From: Octopus sinensis
Lineage: Eukaryota
Length of the DNA stretch: 64,000 nucleotides
Assembly (NCBI RefSeq): GCF_006345805.1
Contig: NC_043013.1
Span: 5,766,001-5,830,000 of the forward strand
Direction of reading: 5' to 3'
Below the pieces are notes generated by a model. It searched no databases and had not been told where the DNA came from. It saw nothing but the letters and a program-made list of their open reading frames with translations. Below are positions 53,131-64,000 of this stretch, piece by piece; positions within the stretch are counted from its first letter, which is position 1, and every line of letters starts with the position of its first letter. A program made the translations under genes and the position numbers.

Positions 53131-53926
53131 TCGTTAGCAGTTATACAACAAGTTAATAATGACTGACTTACTTTAATAAATTTTTCGTTATTTTCAAAAT
53201 TAATTGATACAAAAGCAGTGTATTTCATCAGAAATATTGTAACAAAAGGACCAACAGCTGTTTTGCTAGTATCAAACATCAAACAGTTAGACACAAATGA
53301 CATCTTTCACTAAGATATTGTCTATGTCCAACTTAGAGCCTTGCACCTGGTTTATACTGCTTTCATAAACAAAAATGTCATAAACGTCCTCCAGTGGAGA
53401 CAAGACAACCTTCAGTTACACCAAAACACAATCATTACATGTATTCTTTTATTCTTTTAGTTGTTTCAGTCATTTGACTGTGACCATGCTGGAGCACTGC
53501 CTTTAGTTGAGCAAATCAACCCCAGGACTTATTCTTTGTAAGCCTAGTACTTATTCTATCGGTCTCTTTTGCTGAACTGTTAAGTTATGGAGACGTAAGC
53601 ACACCAGCATTGGCTGTCAAGCGATGTTGGGGAGACAAACACAGACACACACACATATATACATACGATGGGCTTCTTTCAGTTTCCGCCTACCAAATCC
53701 ACTCACAAGGCTTTGGTCAGCCCAAGGCTATAGTAGAAGACACCCTAGATGTCGCGGTGGGACTGAACCAGGAACCATGTGGTTCGTAAGCAACCTACTT
53801 ACCACACAGTCACTCCTACGCCTAAGGTTATAAAAGTTAATTATCTCACACCTCTCCCCCTTACCTGTTTATGAAGGATAATTCCTTCATCAAATTTGAC
53901 AATGATTTAGCATCTACAAAAATATA

Positions 53927-54218
53927 TCTTTTTATATAAAACTGAAGTTATGTGAGAGTCTGTCTCCTCCGATTTAGATTCCTTACTCCCACATTTTGCG
54001 GTGCAGTTTAACCAAAAGCGGGTATCTTATAGTAGTGATTCACATCGAGCCCTTCTGGGTATTAGCGAGCGTCTATGATGAGTCTACGATTTAAAAAAAA
54101 ATTTACCATCATTTTTTCGGATTTTTAATGCATTTTTTGCTTGGTGTATATAAGGGAAGTAACTCTCTAAAAATGCTTATATAGTTATTTCCCTTACAAA
54201 TCCGAGCGATACTGCTAG
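53927..54218 (+). mobile_element. Non-autonomous Helitron-like element
   Basis: A|TCtttttatataaa ... actgCTAG|T termini, no TSD; subterminal hairpin not evident. Confidence 0.55.
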
Positions 54219-55377
54219 TAAATAAATAAATACAGGAGGGAGAAATAAAGGAAGAATACAAAGTTGGAAGATTAAAATAGAAAGTAATTACCATATTCTG
54301 TGGCATGGCAGTCGCTGCATCATGGAAAATGTATACTGATTTTGGATATGTAATCCTTGGAGAAAAATTCTTTATACTTACGAAAGCTCCATCTACATGA
54401 TTAACTGAAAATTAACAGAGGGAGTAATTAATTTCTGTTGAGACAACAAACTAAAGATGTTGTGTTTTGAATATTTTTATGTCCAGTGGTTTCAGCGGTC
54501 ACTGGTTTCAGTTGTTTTACATTTACTTTTTTAATGGGCAGCTCATCAAAGACCAAAGGGATGTCACCCATGTTCTCAACCTGACTGTGTTTGCGACAAC
54601 TCTATGTCCTAAAATTAATTATAAGTTTATGGAAATTTAATATTTTCTCTTTTTATTCTGCAAACATTTTCAGAGCTGATGTCATTCTTATTTCTTTATT
54701 GCCCACAAGACAAAGGGATTAAGTCGATTACATCGACCCCAGTATGTAACTGGTACTTAATTTATTGACCCCAAAAGGATGAAAAGCAAAGTCGACCTCG
54801 GCGGAATTTGAACTCAGTATGTAACAGCAGATGAAATACCGCTGAGTATTTCGTCTGGCATGCTAACGTTTCTGCCAGCTTGCCATCATTCTTATTCACA
54901 AACTTAAACCATTATGTTTCATGAAACAAAAGTATCAAAAAACAGTTTTTTCTTAAATTATTCACTTCTCCAGCTGCCAAAATTATATTCTTCATAATCT
55001 CTACATATTCAAAGTTTCTTTGATTTAATGAAACTTCTTTGATCTAATGTGAAGGTGTATGGCTCAGTGGTTAGAGCATCAGGCTCACAATCATGAGGTA
55101 GTCAGTTCGATTCCCTGTATTGTGAGCTTGAGCAAGACACTTTATTTCATGTTGTTCCAGATCACTCAGCTGTAGAAATGAATTGTGACGTCACTGGTGC
55201 ATCAGTGTTTACCTTAGATTACATCAGTGACATGGAGAGAGGAGGGTGATATGCATGGGTGACTGCTGGTCTTCCATAAACAACTTTGCCCAGACTTGTG
55301 CCTTGGAGGGGAACCTTCGGGCTGCAATACTATAGTAATTCATAACTGAAGGGACATCTTTACTCTTGATCTAATAT

Positions 55378-55600
55378 TCATGTTTTGAAGTTTTCTTGTA
55401 AGTGTGGCCATTTTGCTTGTACAGTATGAAGGCCATGATTATGTTTATTTTCACTTTTAATTCTTCTTCCTGCTTCCATCTCAGATGGTGTTGGTCCAAA
55501 GTTTCTCTTTGGTGCTGTTTCCATGTTCTTTGGTATATTGCTCTGCTTCAAACTTAAATGTGATATCATACTTATGTCTCCTTGATGCACCTGCTGTAGA
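55378..55600 (-). mobile_element. Decayed pogo/Tigger-like transposase N-terminal fragment
   Basis: RRHKYDITFKFEAEQYTKEHGN (Brinker/pogo-type HTH-like), then AKWPHLQE in another frame (CENP-B HTH-like). Confidence 0.55.
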
Positions 55601-55704
55601 TGAGGGAGGAAAATTTGCCGGACTGAAAATGGTTTGTGGCACCTGTGAAGGCTTAGCAGTGAAAGAAAGAAGTATGAAAAAGAAAGAAAGCAATTACAAA
55701 TTCT

Positions 55705-56292
55705 TGTTCATTGAGATAAGAAATAAAGAGGACAGATCCTGTACACTACAGATCTTTATTGCAATCAGACCTGGGCGCAATGCAGCAGTGGATCATGGAC
55801 TGGCAACTCAAGCTGCCTGTGGACAAATGTACCACCATGCACTTTGGGAGGAAAATCCCAGCATCTACTTACTCTCTCCTCAACACTAATCTCAAAAAGG
55901 CTTCTTGTGAACGTAACTTGAGCATTATTGTTGACAGCGATTTGCGTTGGACAAAACACATTGCTAAAATTGCCAAGAAGGCTAAGGGTGTCTTAGCATC
56001 ACTTACCAAGTCCTTTGTGAGCCGCTCTCTGGCTGTCTATCTGAGGCTTTATATAGCTATGGTGCGGCCTCACCTGGAATTTGTATCACCAGTCTGGAAC
56101 CCCTATCTTGCCCAGGATATTAATCATCTGGAAACCGTTCAGTGACGTGCAACCAAGAGAATACCCCCCATCAGACATTTGCCATATTCTGAACGCCTTA
56201 CTTCCCTGGGCAGGGATACATTGAAACTCCAATTAACTATCTTACTAACAATAACTCTGAGCACCTTTCCAAACTCTACCTGTCTAACACCC
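55705..56292 (+). mobile_element. CR1-clade LINE ORF2 3' fragment
   Basis: LQSDL..WQLKLPVDKCTTMHFG..LYIAMVRPHLEFVSPVWNPY..LETVQ*RATKRIP. Confidence 0.9.
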
Positions 56293-56309
56293 ATTTTTAA
56301 AATGAGAAT

Positions 56310-56592
56310 ACCTGAAATAAACTCAAATGCTCTCACAAATTGAGAATACTAAAAATGAACCTGACCGCTCGCAAAAATTAAGTAAAAAAAACGGAAAAAT
56401 AACCCAGAATCCTTGTCTGGTACAGGATCGATTCCAAAATCTAACCAGTTTGTGTCAGTCACGAGGCCAAACATCCCTGAAAATTTCATTCTAATCCATC
56501 CAACAGTTCTTGAGATATCTTGTCCATGGACAAACAAGCAAACAAACACGACTGGAAACAATACCTCTGCCTTCGCTAAGGCGGAGGTAATA
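56310..56592 (+). mobile_element. Helentron/DINE-like non-autonomous element
   Basis: Internal aaatttca..atcc motif, (caaa)n microsatellite and terminal hairpin tacctctgcctt-cgct-aaggcggaggta (56562-56589). Confidence 0.5.
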
Positions 56593-56597
56593 ATAAT

Positions 56598-56643
<46 letters not shown>

Positions 56644-56654
56644 CACACACACAC

Positions 56655-57036
56655 ATTAATGATATGACCAAGAAGGTCAATCACAATGACCTTTTTGTGT
56701 GCAAAATTTGTGACAGACCATGCCTTTCTTTTGCTGGGCTCAAATTTCATTTGTGGACTCATGAAAAACGAACCTCCAGCAAATATTCTGCCTATATATC
56801 AATACCGTTTATGCCATAAAGTCTGCAATTCTAACGGAGGCCTCAAAAGACATTTTAAGATCCACAAAGATCAGAACTTAACTGCTGCTCTCAGTGGTCC
56901 ACACCAGATATGCAATTTATGTGGGTGTCTTTTCAAAACATTGTCTGGTTTAAAAAGCCATATCAGATGCCATGATGGATCTAAGGTTTAAGTACAAGAG
57001 GTTGCCAGACTCTGCACAAGGAGCAGCCAACCACCA
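56655..57036 (+). mobile_element. Probable RTE-type LINE 3' end carrying three C2H2 zinc-finger-like units
   Basis: CKICDRPCLSFAGLKFHLWTH, (frameshift) CHKVCNSNGGLKRHFKIH, CNLCGCLFKTLSGLKSHIRCH, stop, short tail before a microsatellite. Confidence 0.55.
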
Positions 57037-57719
57037 CATATATATATGACAAGCTTCTTTCAGTCTCTGCCTATGAAATCCGTTCACAAGGCTGTAGTTG
57101 ACCTTGAGTTATAGTAGAAGACATGTGTCCAAGATGCCACACTCTGGGATTGAACCCTGAACCTTCATGGTTGAGAAACAAGCTTCTTAATCAAACAGAA
57201 AGTCAGCAATGTTTTATGAATAAGACAGACATAGATATTTAAGAAGTGCAAGGTTTAGAGTGAAATGAGATTAATATAATCTGTGGGCTGTATAATGGGA
57301 GCCAACTTGTAAGGCTGAGCACAAAATAGTTTTAAGTGTGTATGTGCGTGTGTGTGTGCGTGTGTATAATCATGATCTTCATTATCATCACCACTCTTGC
57401 TGCTGTCATCGTTATCATCCTCATCACCACCACCATCATCAGTATCACCACCACCATTGTTATTTTCACGTCCTTTTTTCCATGCTTGCGGGCTTCAATC
57501 AGGGATCCACCGAGGAAGGGTCTTCTGTGGGTGAACGCTCTTCCTGTTGCCAACCCTGACTTTTTTTCTCTAGCAAGATAATATTTCTCCCTCCACCCAG
57601 CCATGACCAGTCATGTTTTCATAGAGTAGTGCTGCTTGAATGACAGTGACACTCATTTACAACTACCACATGATATCAACACAAGAAGGCACAAACACAC
57701 ACATACCAATATACATTCT

Positions 57720-58280
57720 GAATGTTGGCTGGATCTTAAAAACTCCAGACACACAGGTCCTGAGGAAATCCAATATTTTGAGTATTGAGGCAATGGTGCA
57801 CAAGCACCGGTTATTGTTGGACTGGACACCTTGTTAGAATGAATGATAGCAGGATCCCTAAACAGATGCTGTATGGGGAACTTGTTAGTGGAAAGCGACC
57901 CTGGCAGAAGCCAAGACTGCAATTTAGGGAATGCGTAAAATCCTCATTAAAGGCCTGTGAAATGCAAGAGGCTGACTGGGAGAGCAATGCTTGTCATCAC
58001 AATGGATGGAGGAAACAGGTAAAGGAAAGAGTCGATACCTTTGAAAGAACACGTATTCTTCATGAAGAATCTAAGTGTGCTGATGGAAAACACACTGCTA
58101 GTGTAATGAATGGGGAAAGCTTGGTGGCCTGCAATGTTTGCAGTTGTGTATGTTTGTCAAGAGCAGGGCTTGTTAGTCACCAATGGAGCTGTAAGTGTAA
58201 GTATAAGGTAGTCTTGAATGCACAATGTTCCTAAAGGTCACTAATGGTTTTCTTTGGTCACGAGTGGGCAGCTACCATCA
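57720..58280 (+). mobile_element. RTE-clade LINE 3' fragment
   Basis: WTGHLVRMNDSRIPKQMLYGEL..GKRP..KPRL..VKSSLK..WES.A...GWR, ending in a CxxC..SRAGLVSH finger. Confidence 0.9.
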
Positions 58281-58333
58281 TACACACACATGCACACACG
58301 TACACACACACACACACATCTATTATGTAGACA

Positions 58334-58845
58334 TTGGTTATGGCCAGTCAAAAAGTTACCATTAGTTTCATGTTTATTATTGCTTTTAGCAATATATTAT
58401 TCTTTATTGCCCACAAGGGGCTAAACATAGAGGGGACAAACAAGGACAGACAAAGGGATTAAGTCGATTACATGGCCCCCAGTGCATAACTAGTACTTCA
58501 TTTATCGACCCCGAAAGGATGAAAGGCAAAGTCGATCTCGGCGGAATTTGAACTCAGAACGTAACAACAAACGAAATGCCACTAAGCATTTCGCCTGGTG
58601 TACTAACGTGTCTGCCAGCTCAGGCAACTCATGAGGCCTGCTGGTTGGAGGCACAGCACCTCTTTGCTAATGAAGGTAAAAATACAGTGCTTGTTTTTCA
58701 CCATTCTGCTGACCAAGACTGTATTCTTGCTTCCATTAGCAAATTGATAACGTACCTCAATCCAGCAGGTTTCATGAGTTGTCTCTTTTGCTAAGAGCAA
58801 TAAAAGATGTGAAACCAATGGTAACTTTTTACTGGCCATAACCAA
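58334..58845. mobile_element. Fold-back palindromic element whose left arm is interrupted by a SINE (~58398-58620)
   Basis: ttggttatggccagt..aagttaccat pairs with atggtaacttt..actggccataaccaa; inner arms ~58622-58693 / 58714-58785. Confidence 0.75.
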
Positions 58846-59424
58846 CAACTATATAATACACACACACACACAGAAAATGACTGAGACCTTTGGCAACATG
58901 CTGTGCTTGAGTAGTAGATCCATCAACACAAGGGAAATCATGGATGCAGTAGATAGTGGTGCCACGCAACTGGCACCTGTGCTGGTGGCATGTAAAAGCA
59001 CCCATTACACTCACGGAGGGGTTGGCGTTAGGAAGGGCATCCGGCCGTAGAAACAATGTGAAATCAGACTAAAGTCTGGTGCAGTCCCCCAGTTTGCCAG
59101 CCTTGGTCAAACTATCCAGCCATGCCAGCATGGACAATGGATGTTAAATGTTGTTGATGATGATGATGGTGAGGAGAAAATAAAGGAATTTGGAAACACA
59201 GGAAGGCTGTGAGGAGAGCTTAGAGAATCAGGTAAATATCCTTTAGAAGAGGGAAAAGGTGGGACAGGTAGTACTTAACTCAACCACTGTCACAACATGA
59301 TTGAACAGCTACAGCAACATACAATGATCGGCTAACATCATCACAGCAACCACTATCATACCTGGTTCTAGAATAATAAGCTTCGAACTATCTCTGGGTT
59401 TGTTGTTCATAGTAACATCTTGGT

Positions 59425-59795
59425 GTTTATGAGCACCTTTTCAAACTCCGCCTGTCTAACACCTGTGGACATGTTTACAAAGTCAGAAAACAGCACAGCT
59501 CCCATGACTTTCGGAAACATTTTTTCACGCTAAGAGTTGCTGAAGCATGGAACAAATTGCTGGCGTCAGTTGTTAGTTGTCGGAGCACTGCATCCTTAAA
59601 AACTTCCATGCTTCCTGAGATTCGCCAACGCTACACCTGATTTTCTCCCCTCCATACACACGCAAGCATGTATCTGACTCATACACTGTTCACTTTCCAG
59701 ACATTTGTACATTACTGCACATGCTTTATATGCACTTTTGACAAGTTGTGGTGCACCCAAGCACTGTATACAATAATTTCATTATTATTATTATG
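59425..59795 (+). mobile_element. CR1-clade LINE 3' end with (ATT)n tail
   Basis: GHVYKV..FRKHFFTLRVAEAWNKL C-terminus, 3'UTR and attattatt tail. Related tail fragments at ~6475-6600 (-), ~60620-60775 (+) and ~61480-61560 (+). Confidence 0.85.
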
Positions 59796-60754
59796 ATAAA
59801 AATAAATATTTTTTAATAAAAAAATCTCTATTAGATTTCAGTGTTCTTTATTACAACAGGTCTATGATGGGCATGTGAAATATGTGGTTCACAGGCTGCA
59901 TGCGACTTTTTTCAAACACAGGTAAGGCCCATGAGTGGAATAGCTGGAGGTTTAAAAATGGGGAACCCCCACCCCAAATTTTTAATAATAAAAATAGGAT
60001 TATTGATGAGCAAATAAAAGGTTTTAAAAGATTTTTGCCTAATAACAAAGAATTGATATGACAGAAATCTTTGTTGTAAACGTGTTGAAAAATATGTGGT
60101 CCCATGGCAACATGTATGGGAGCAATGTGACCCACAGACACTCAGCAGTTTGACAATCTACATCTTCTATAATGTTTAGTAGTTATTGTATACTCCTTAG
60201 TTGACCACCCTAGTTGTTTAGCCCTTGGTCAAGCTCAGTTGAGTAGACTTGTCCTTTAGCCCTTGTCAACCATGACTAAACAGACCCACAATGAAAGCAG
60301 TATTTCAACTGTGAGCATCTCATCATCTTTTCAGACGCAGTTTATCAAATGTATTCTAATGTATCCTTCCATTTTTATAAAACATGTGCATGTTGAGAGG
60401 AATTTGACTGCTGTTTCTAGTATCTTGATGTAGAAGGTTCTTAGTTGACCTATCTAGTAACCACTAATGATTCCATTCCAAAATCTTTCAGTCTCATGTT
60501 TTATCTAATCTCTTTAATGAATATTTTCTTATCAAAATTATTCCATTTGCAGCAGATCAAAATGCTTTATATTCTGTTGCTATAAAGGGATTCTGGCCAT
60601 CATCATCATCATCATTGTCCCCCTTCCATACTCATACACATATGTGTATGTCATGACTCATGCACTGTTCTTTTCCTGACGCTTGTACATTACCCTATGT
60701 ACTATACATACACTTTAGATGAGTTGTAGTGAACCTGAGCACTGTACACAATGT

Positions 60755-61035
60755 TTTATTATTATTATTATTTATTATCACCATTGCCGTTGTCATTACC
60801 ATTGTGGCACCCCCATCATCATCATTAGTAGTAACATCTTCCTCCTCCTCCACGCTATTCTCGTTGGCGTCATCTTCACCATCATCACCACCACCACTAT
60901 TACCAACCTCCTCATCATCATCATCATCCTTGTCATCATCATCATCGTCGTCATCATCGTCACCATTATCGCAACCACCATCATCATTGCAATCTTAACC
61001 ATAATTAGCCTCCTTCTCCTCTCCATCGTCATAAT
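60755..61035. repeat. (CAT/CAC/CCT)n trinucleotide low-complexity tract
   Basis: Visible repeat; similar tract at ~57365-57460. Confidence 0.9.
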
Positions 61036-61503
61036 ATTCATTTTTCTTACCTGGAATGTCCATGGTACATTACATCCCCCTCACACCCCTCCTTCCCAGA
61101 ACACCTCGTCCGTCCAGGTTCCAAAATTCTCACGTGGCAAATTTAACCTTTTATTCCAATGACTTCTTAGACCCTTCCCCTATTCCAGACCCCATCTACT
61201 TTCCTTACAAACAATTTTTACCTCCAAACAAAGTTACTTGATGAGAGAACCAAAAGTGTTCCCGTATTAATGGGAGGTAATCACGGCTAGTCAGGTGATA
61301 CCATAATTATCTCCCTTGCAGCTAATTTGTACCAACCAAACGAATCAATCAATCTAGCAGTTCTCTAGCGGATTATCGATGGTTTTTCTTGTCTGTCTCG
61401 TAACGATTAATGAATTGATTTATTGATTGTTATAGAATTCAATTAATCCTTTATAGATATATTTGTATATATTTGTGTACAGTGCACCTGAGCACTGTAC
61501 ACA

Positions 61504-61564
<61 letters not shown>

Positions 61565-61698
61565 CTATAATATATACAATATTTTCGTTATATATGCGTA
61601 TATGCTTATCAATTCCTATAAAGAATAAATATATATATATATATATATATTTCTTTACTACCCACAAGGGGCTAAACAAAGAGGGGACAAACAAGGAC

Positions 61699-61871
61699 AG
61701 ACAAACGGATTAAGTCGATCTTATCGACCCCAGTGCGTAACTGGTACTTCTTTAATCAACCCCCGAAAGGATGAAAGGCAAAGTCGACCTCGGCCTTTCA
61801 TCCTTTCGGGGTCAATTAAATAAGTACCAGTTACGCACTGGGTCGATAAGATCAACTTAATCCGTTCGTCT
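61699..61871. repeat. Fold-back duplication of a SINE segment, ~80-bp stem and 13-nt loop
   Basis: Left arm 61699-61779 is the reverse complement of right arm 61793-61871. Confidence 0.9.
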
Positions 61872-61973
61872 ATATTTACCCAACAGACACACCTACATAC
61901 ACACATACATACACACACATACACATACACTCATATATAAATGTCAGTATGTATGTGTGTATGTATATATATA

Positions 61974-62016
<43 letters not shown>

Positions 62017-62411
62017 AAGTAAGTTAGGGGTTGTGGATCCAACGTGCTAAGGGATAATACTTAACCAATATACTGTTGATATAATACCCAAATTATTAAC
62101 ACACAAGTGTTTTTAATTGCAATGCAATAAACTCACTTATTGTATTAAATGGGTGAAGGTAAAGAAATATTTTACCATTAATTTATATTACAAATAAGAA
62201 AATGGAGAAACACATTAGTTGCCAAACTACAACCATAATAACATACATATATACAGTATAAAATTCAATACATTTAAGATAAGAATACAAGTAATTAATT
62301 AAAAAAAATAATATAAATTGTTAGAATCATTAAATTTCTTTAAAATTTCCACCAGATTCTATGGATAAATTCGTTAATCCTAAATGTTAATTCCTTAATG
62401 TAAGTGTTCTT

Positions 62412-62753
62412 GTGAAGGCGCATGGCTCAGTGGTTAGAGCATCAAGCTTACGGTTGTGAGGTTGTAAGCTTGAATCCCCGACCGGGCTGTGTGTTGTGTT
62501 CTTGAGCAAGACACTTTATTTCACGTTGCTCCAGTTCACTCAGCTGTAGAAATGAGTTGCGACATCGCAGGTACCAAGCTGTATCGGCCCCTTTGCCTTT
62601 CCCTTGGATAACGATGATGGCGTGGAGAGGGGAGGCCGGTATGCATGGGCGACTGCTGGTCTTCCATAAAAAACAACCTTGCCCAGACTTGTGCCTCAGA
62701 GGGTAACTCTCTAGGTGCAATCCCATGGTCAGTGTCTGACCGAAGGGGGTCAC
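62412..62753 (+). mobile_element. tRNA-derived SINE family F with a 15-bp TSD
   Basis: Head ggcgcatggctcagtggttagagc; cttgagcaagacactt domain; TSD aatgtaagtgttctt at 62397-62411 and 62754-62768. Similar copy at ~55050-55345; relatives at ~14435-14650, 20630-20800 and 35860-36100 (-). Confidence 0.85.
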
Positions 62754-62758
62754 AATGT

Positions 62759-62975
62759 AAGTGTTCTTAGTTGGTATTGGCATATCCTTTAGCGATGAAC
62801 CCATCCATATTATCTCCGGTTTTCCAACAGTATTCATTTTGAGGGACTATCATACTATACTTACATGTACTCACTTTTACCAGCAAGTCCCTCAAAATGA
62901 ATACTGTTGGAAAAATGGAGATAAATAGGATGGATTCATCACTGAAGGATATATCAATGCCAACTAAGGACACTT
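62759..62975. repeat. Inverted repeat with ~89-bp arms and ~38-nt loop (MITE-like)
   Basis: ..ttttccaacagtattcattttgagggact / agtccctcaaaatgaatactgttggaaaa.. Confidence 0.8.
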
Positions 62976-63440
62976 GAACAGGCTTTAAACAGCATACTAC
63001 AAGGTGTATACTTGAATATGAAGCTATCACTGTATTAGCTTGCTTTCCAACCACATGGTTCCGGGTTCAGTCCCACTGCGTGACACCTTGGGCAAGTGTC
63101 TTCTACTATAACCTTGGGCTGACCAGAGCTTTATGAGTGGATTTGGTAGACAGAAACTGAAAGAAGCCCATCGTACATATATATACATATGTAAGTGTGT
63201 ATGTACTTGTGTGTATGTGTATATTTGTGTGTCAGGGTTTGTCGCCCCATAATCGCTTGATAACTGATGTTGGTGTGTTTATGTCCCTGTAACTTAACAG
63301 TTTGGCAAAAGAGACTGATAGAATAAGTACTAGGCTTACAAAAAATAAGTCCTGGGGTTGATTTGTCCAACTAAAAGGCAGTGCTCCAGCATGGCCACAG
63401 TCAAATGACTGAAACAAATGAAGGAATAAATATATATATA

Positions 63441-63480
<40 letters not shown>

Positions 63481-63816
63481 GTAAAGGTAATAAACCTCAT
63501 TAAAGGATCATAAATCATATTTTACAATTTATAAATAATTTTATTAATTACCTCTCCATTCTCTCCTTATGTTATATATATAAAGATACATAAATAATCT
63601 ATTCTCAAACGTATGATAATGCTAATACAATAGCATGAACAGGATAAACTATCCATATATTGCAGAAAAAAAAAAACGGTTTTTTCTGCAATATATGGAT
63701 AGTTTATCCTCTTCATGCTATTATATTAATATCATCATGTGTTGGAGAATAAATTATTTCTGTATCTCAATGCTTCTAAAGCAAACCTTGTTTGTTCACT
63801 TCCATCTTAAGTTGAA

Positions 63817-63881
<65 letters not shown>

Positions 63882-64000
63882 TTAAGTTGTTTTCGATTAT
63901 AAGTCGTTTTCAAAAATAATATATGGAAAAATAAAAATCAAGTCAAGTCATTTTACTTGACTTTACATCTGTCCGCCACAAATATTGGAATCGTAAAATC

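Noticed and set aside
60719-61162. Poly-Ile / poly-Ser / poly-Met ORFs resembling membrane proteins
   Set aside because: Translations of (CAT)n repeats; the same applies at 57332-57604.
62412-62485. tRNA-like sequences with A and B boxes
   Set aside because: SINE heads running into SINE bodies with TSDs; no proper cloverleaf or terminator.
1-64000. CRISPR arrays, operons or prokaryotic defence systems
   Set aside because: Spliceosomal gene and eukaryotic repeats throughout; no regularly spaced repeat-spacer array or gene-dense segment.

Overview
AT-rich, repeat-dense animal genomic DNA. The SINE/MITE repertoire and microsatellite load point to a coleoid cephalopod, most likely Octopus; this is inferred, not verified. 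The only host gene I can support is a complete 13-exon PA2G4/EBP1 (proliferation-associated 2G4) gene on the minus strand: CDS 48614 to 8737, all introns GT-AG, 1176 nt = 391 aa + stop, assembled by hand. The rest is largely transposon-derived: tRNA-headed SINE families, TTAA-targeting piggyBac-like MITEs (some nested), hAT and Tc/mariner-type MITEs, two mariner copies, a pogo-like fragment, CR1, RTE and Penelope-like remnants, Helitron/Helentron-like elements and several fold-back palindromes. The best leads are (1) a minimal hammerhead-ribozyme motif in the loop of a fold-back element in intron 3, sense to the pre-mRNA, (2) a rearranged, partly antisense relic of PA2G4 exon 8/intron 8/exon 9 just downstream of the gene, and (3) a ~200-nt CpG-retaining rod-like hairpin in intron 11. 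I found no rRNA, bona fide tRNA or CRISPR array. I cannot claim a demonstrated new biological system; all alignments and folds were done by eye.
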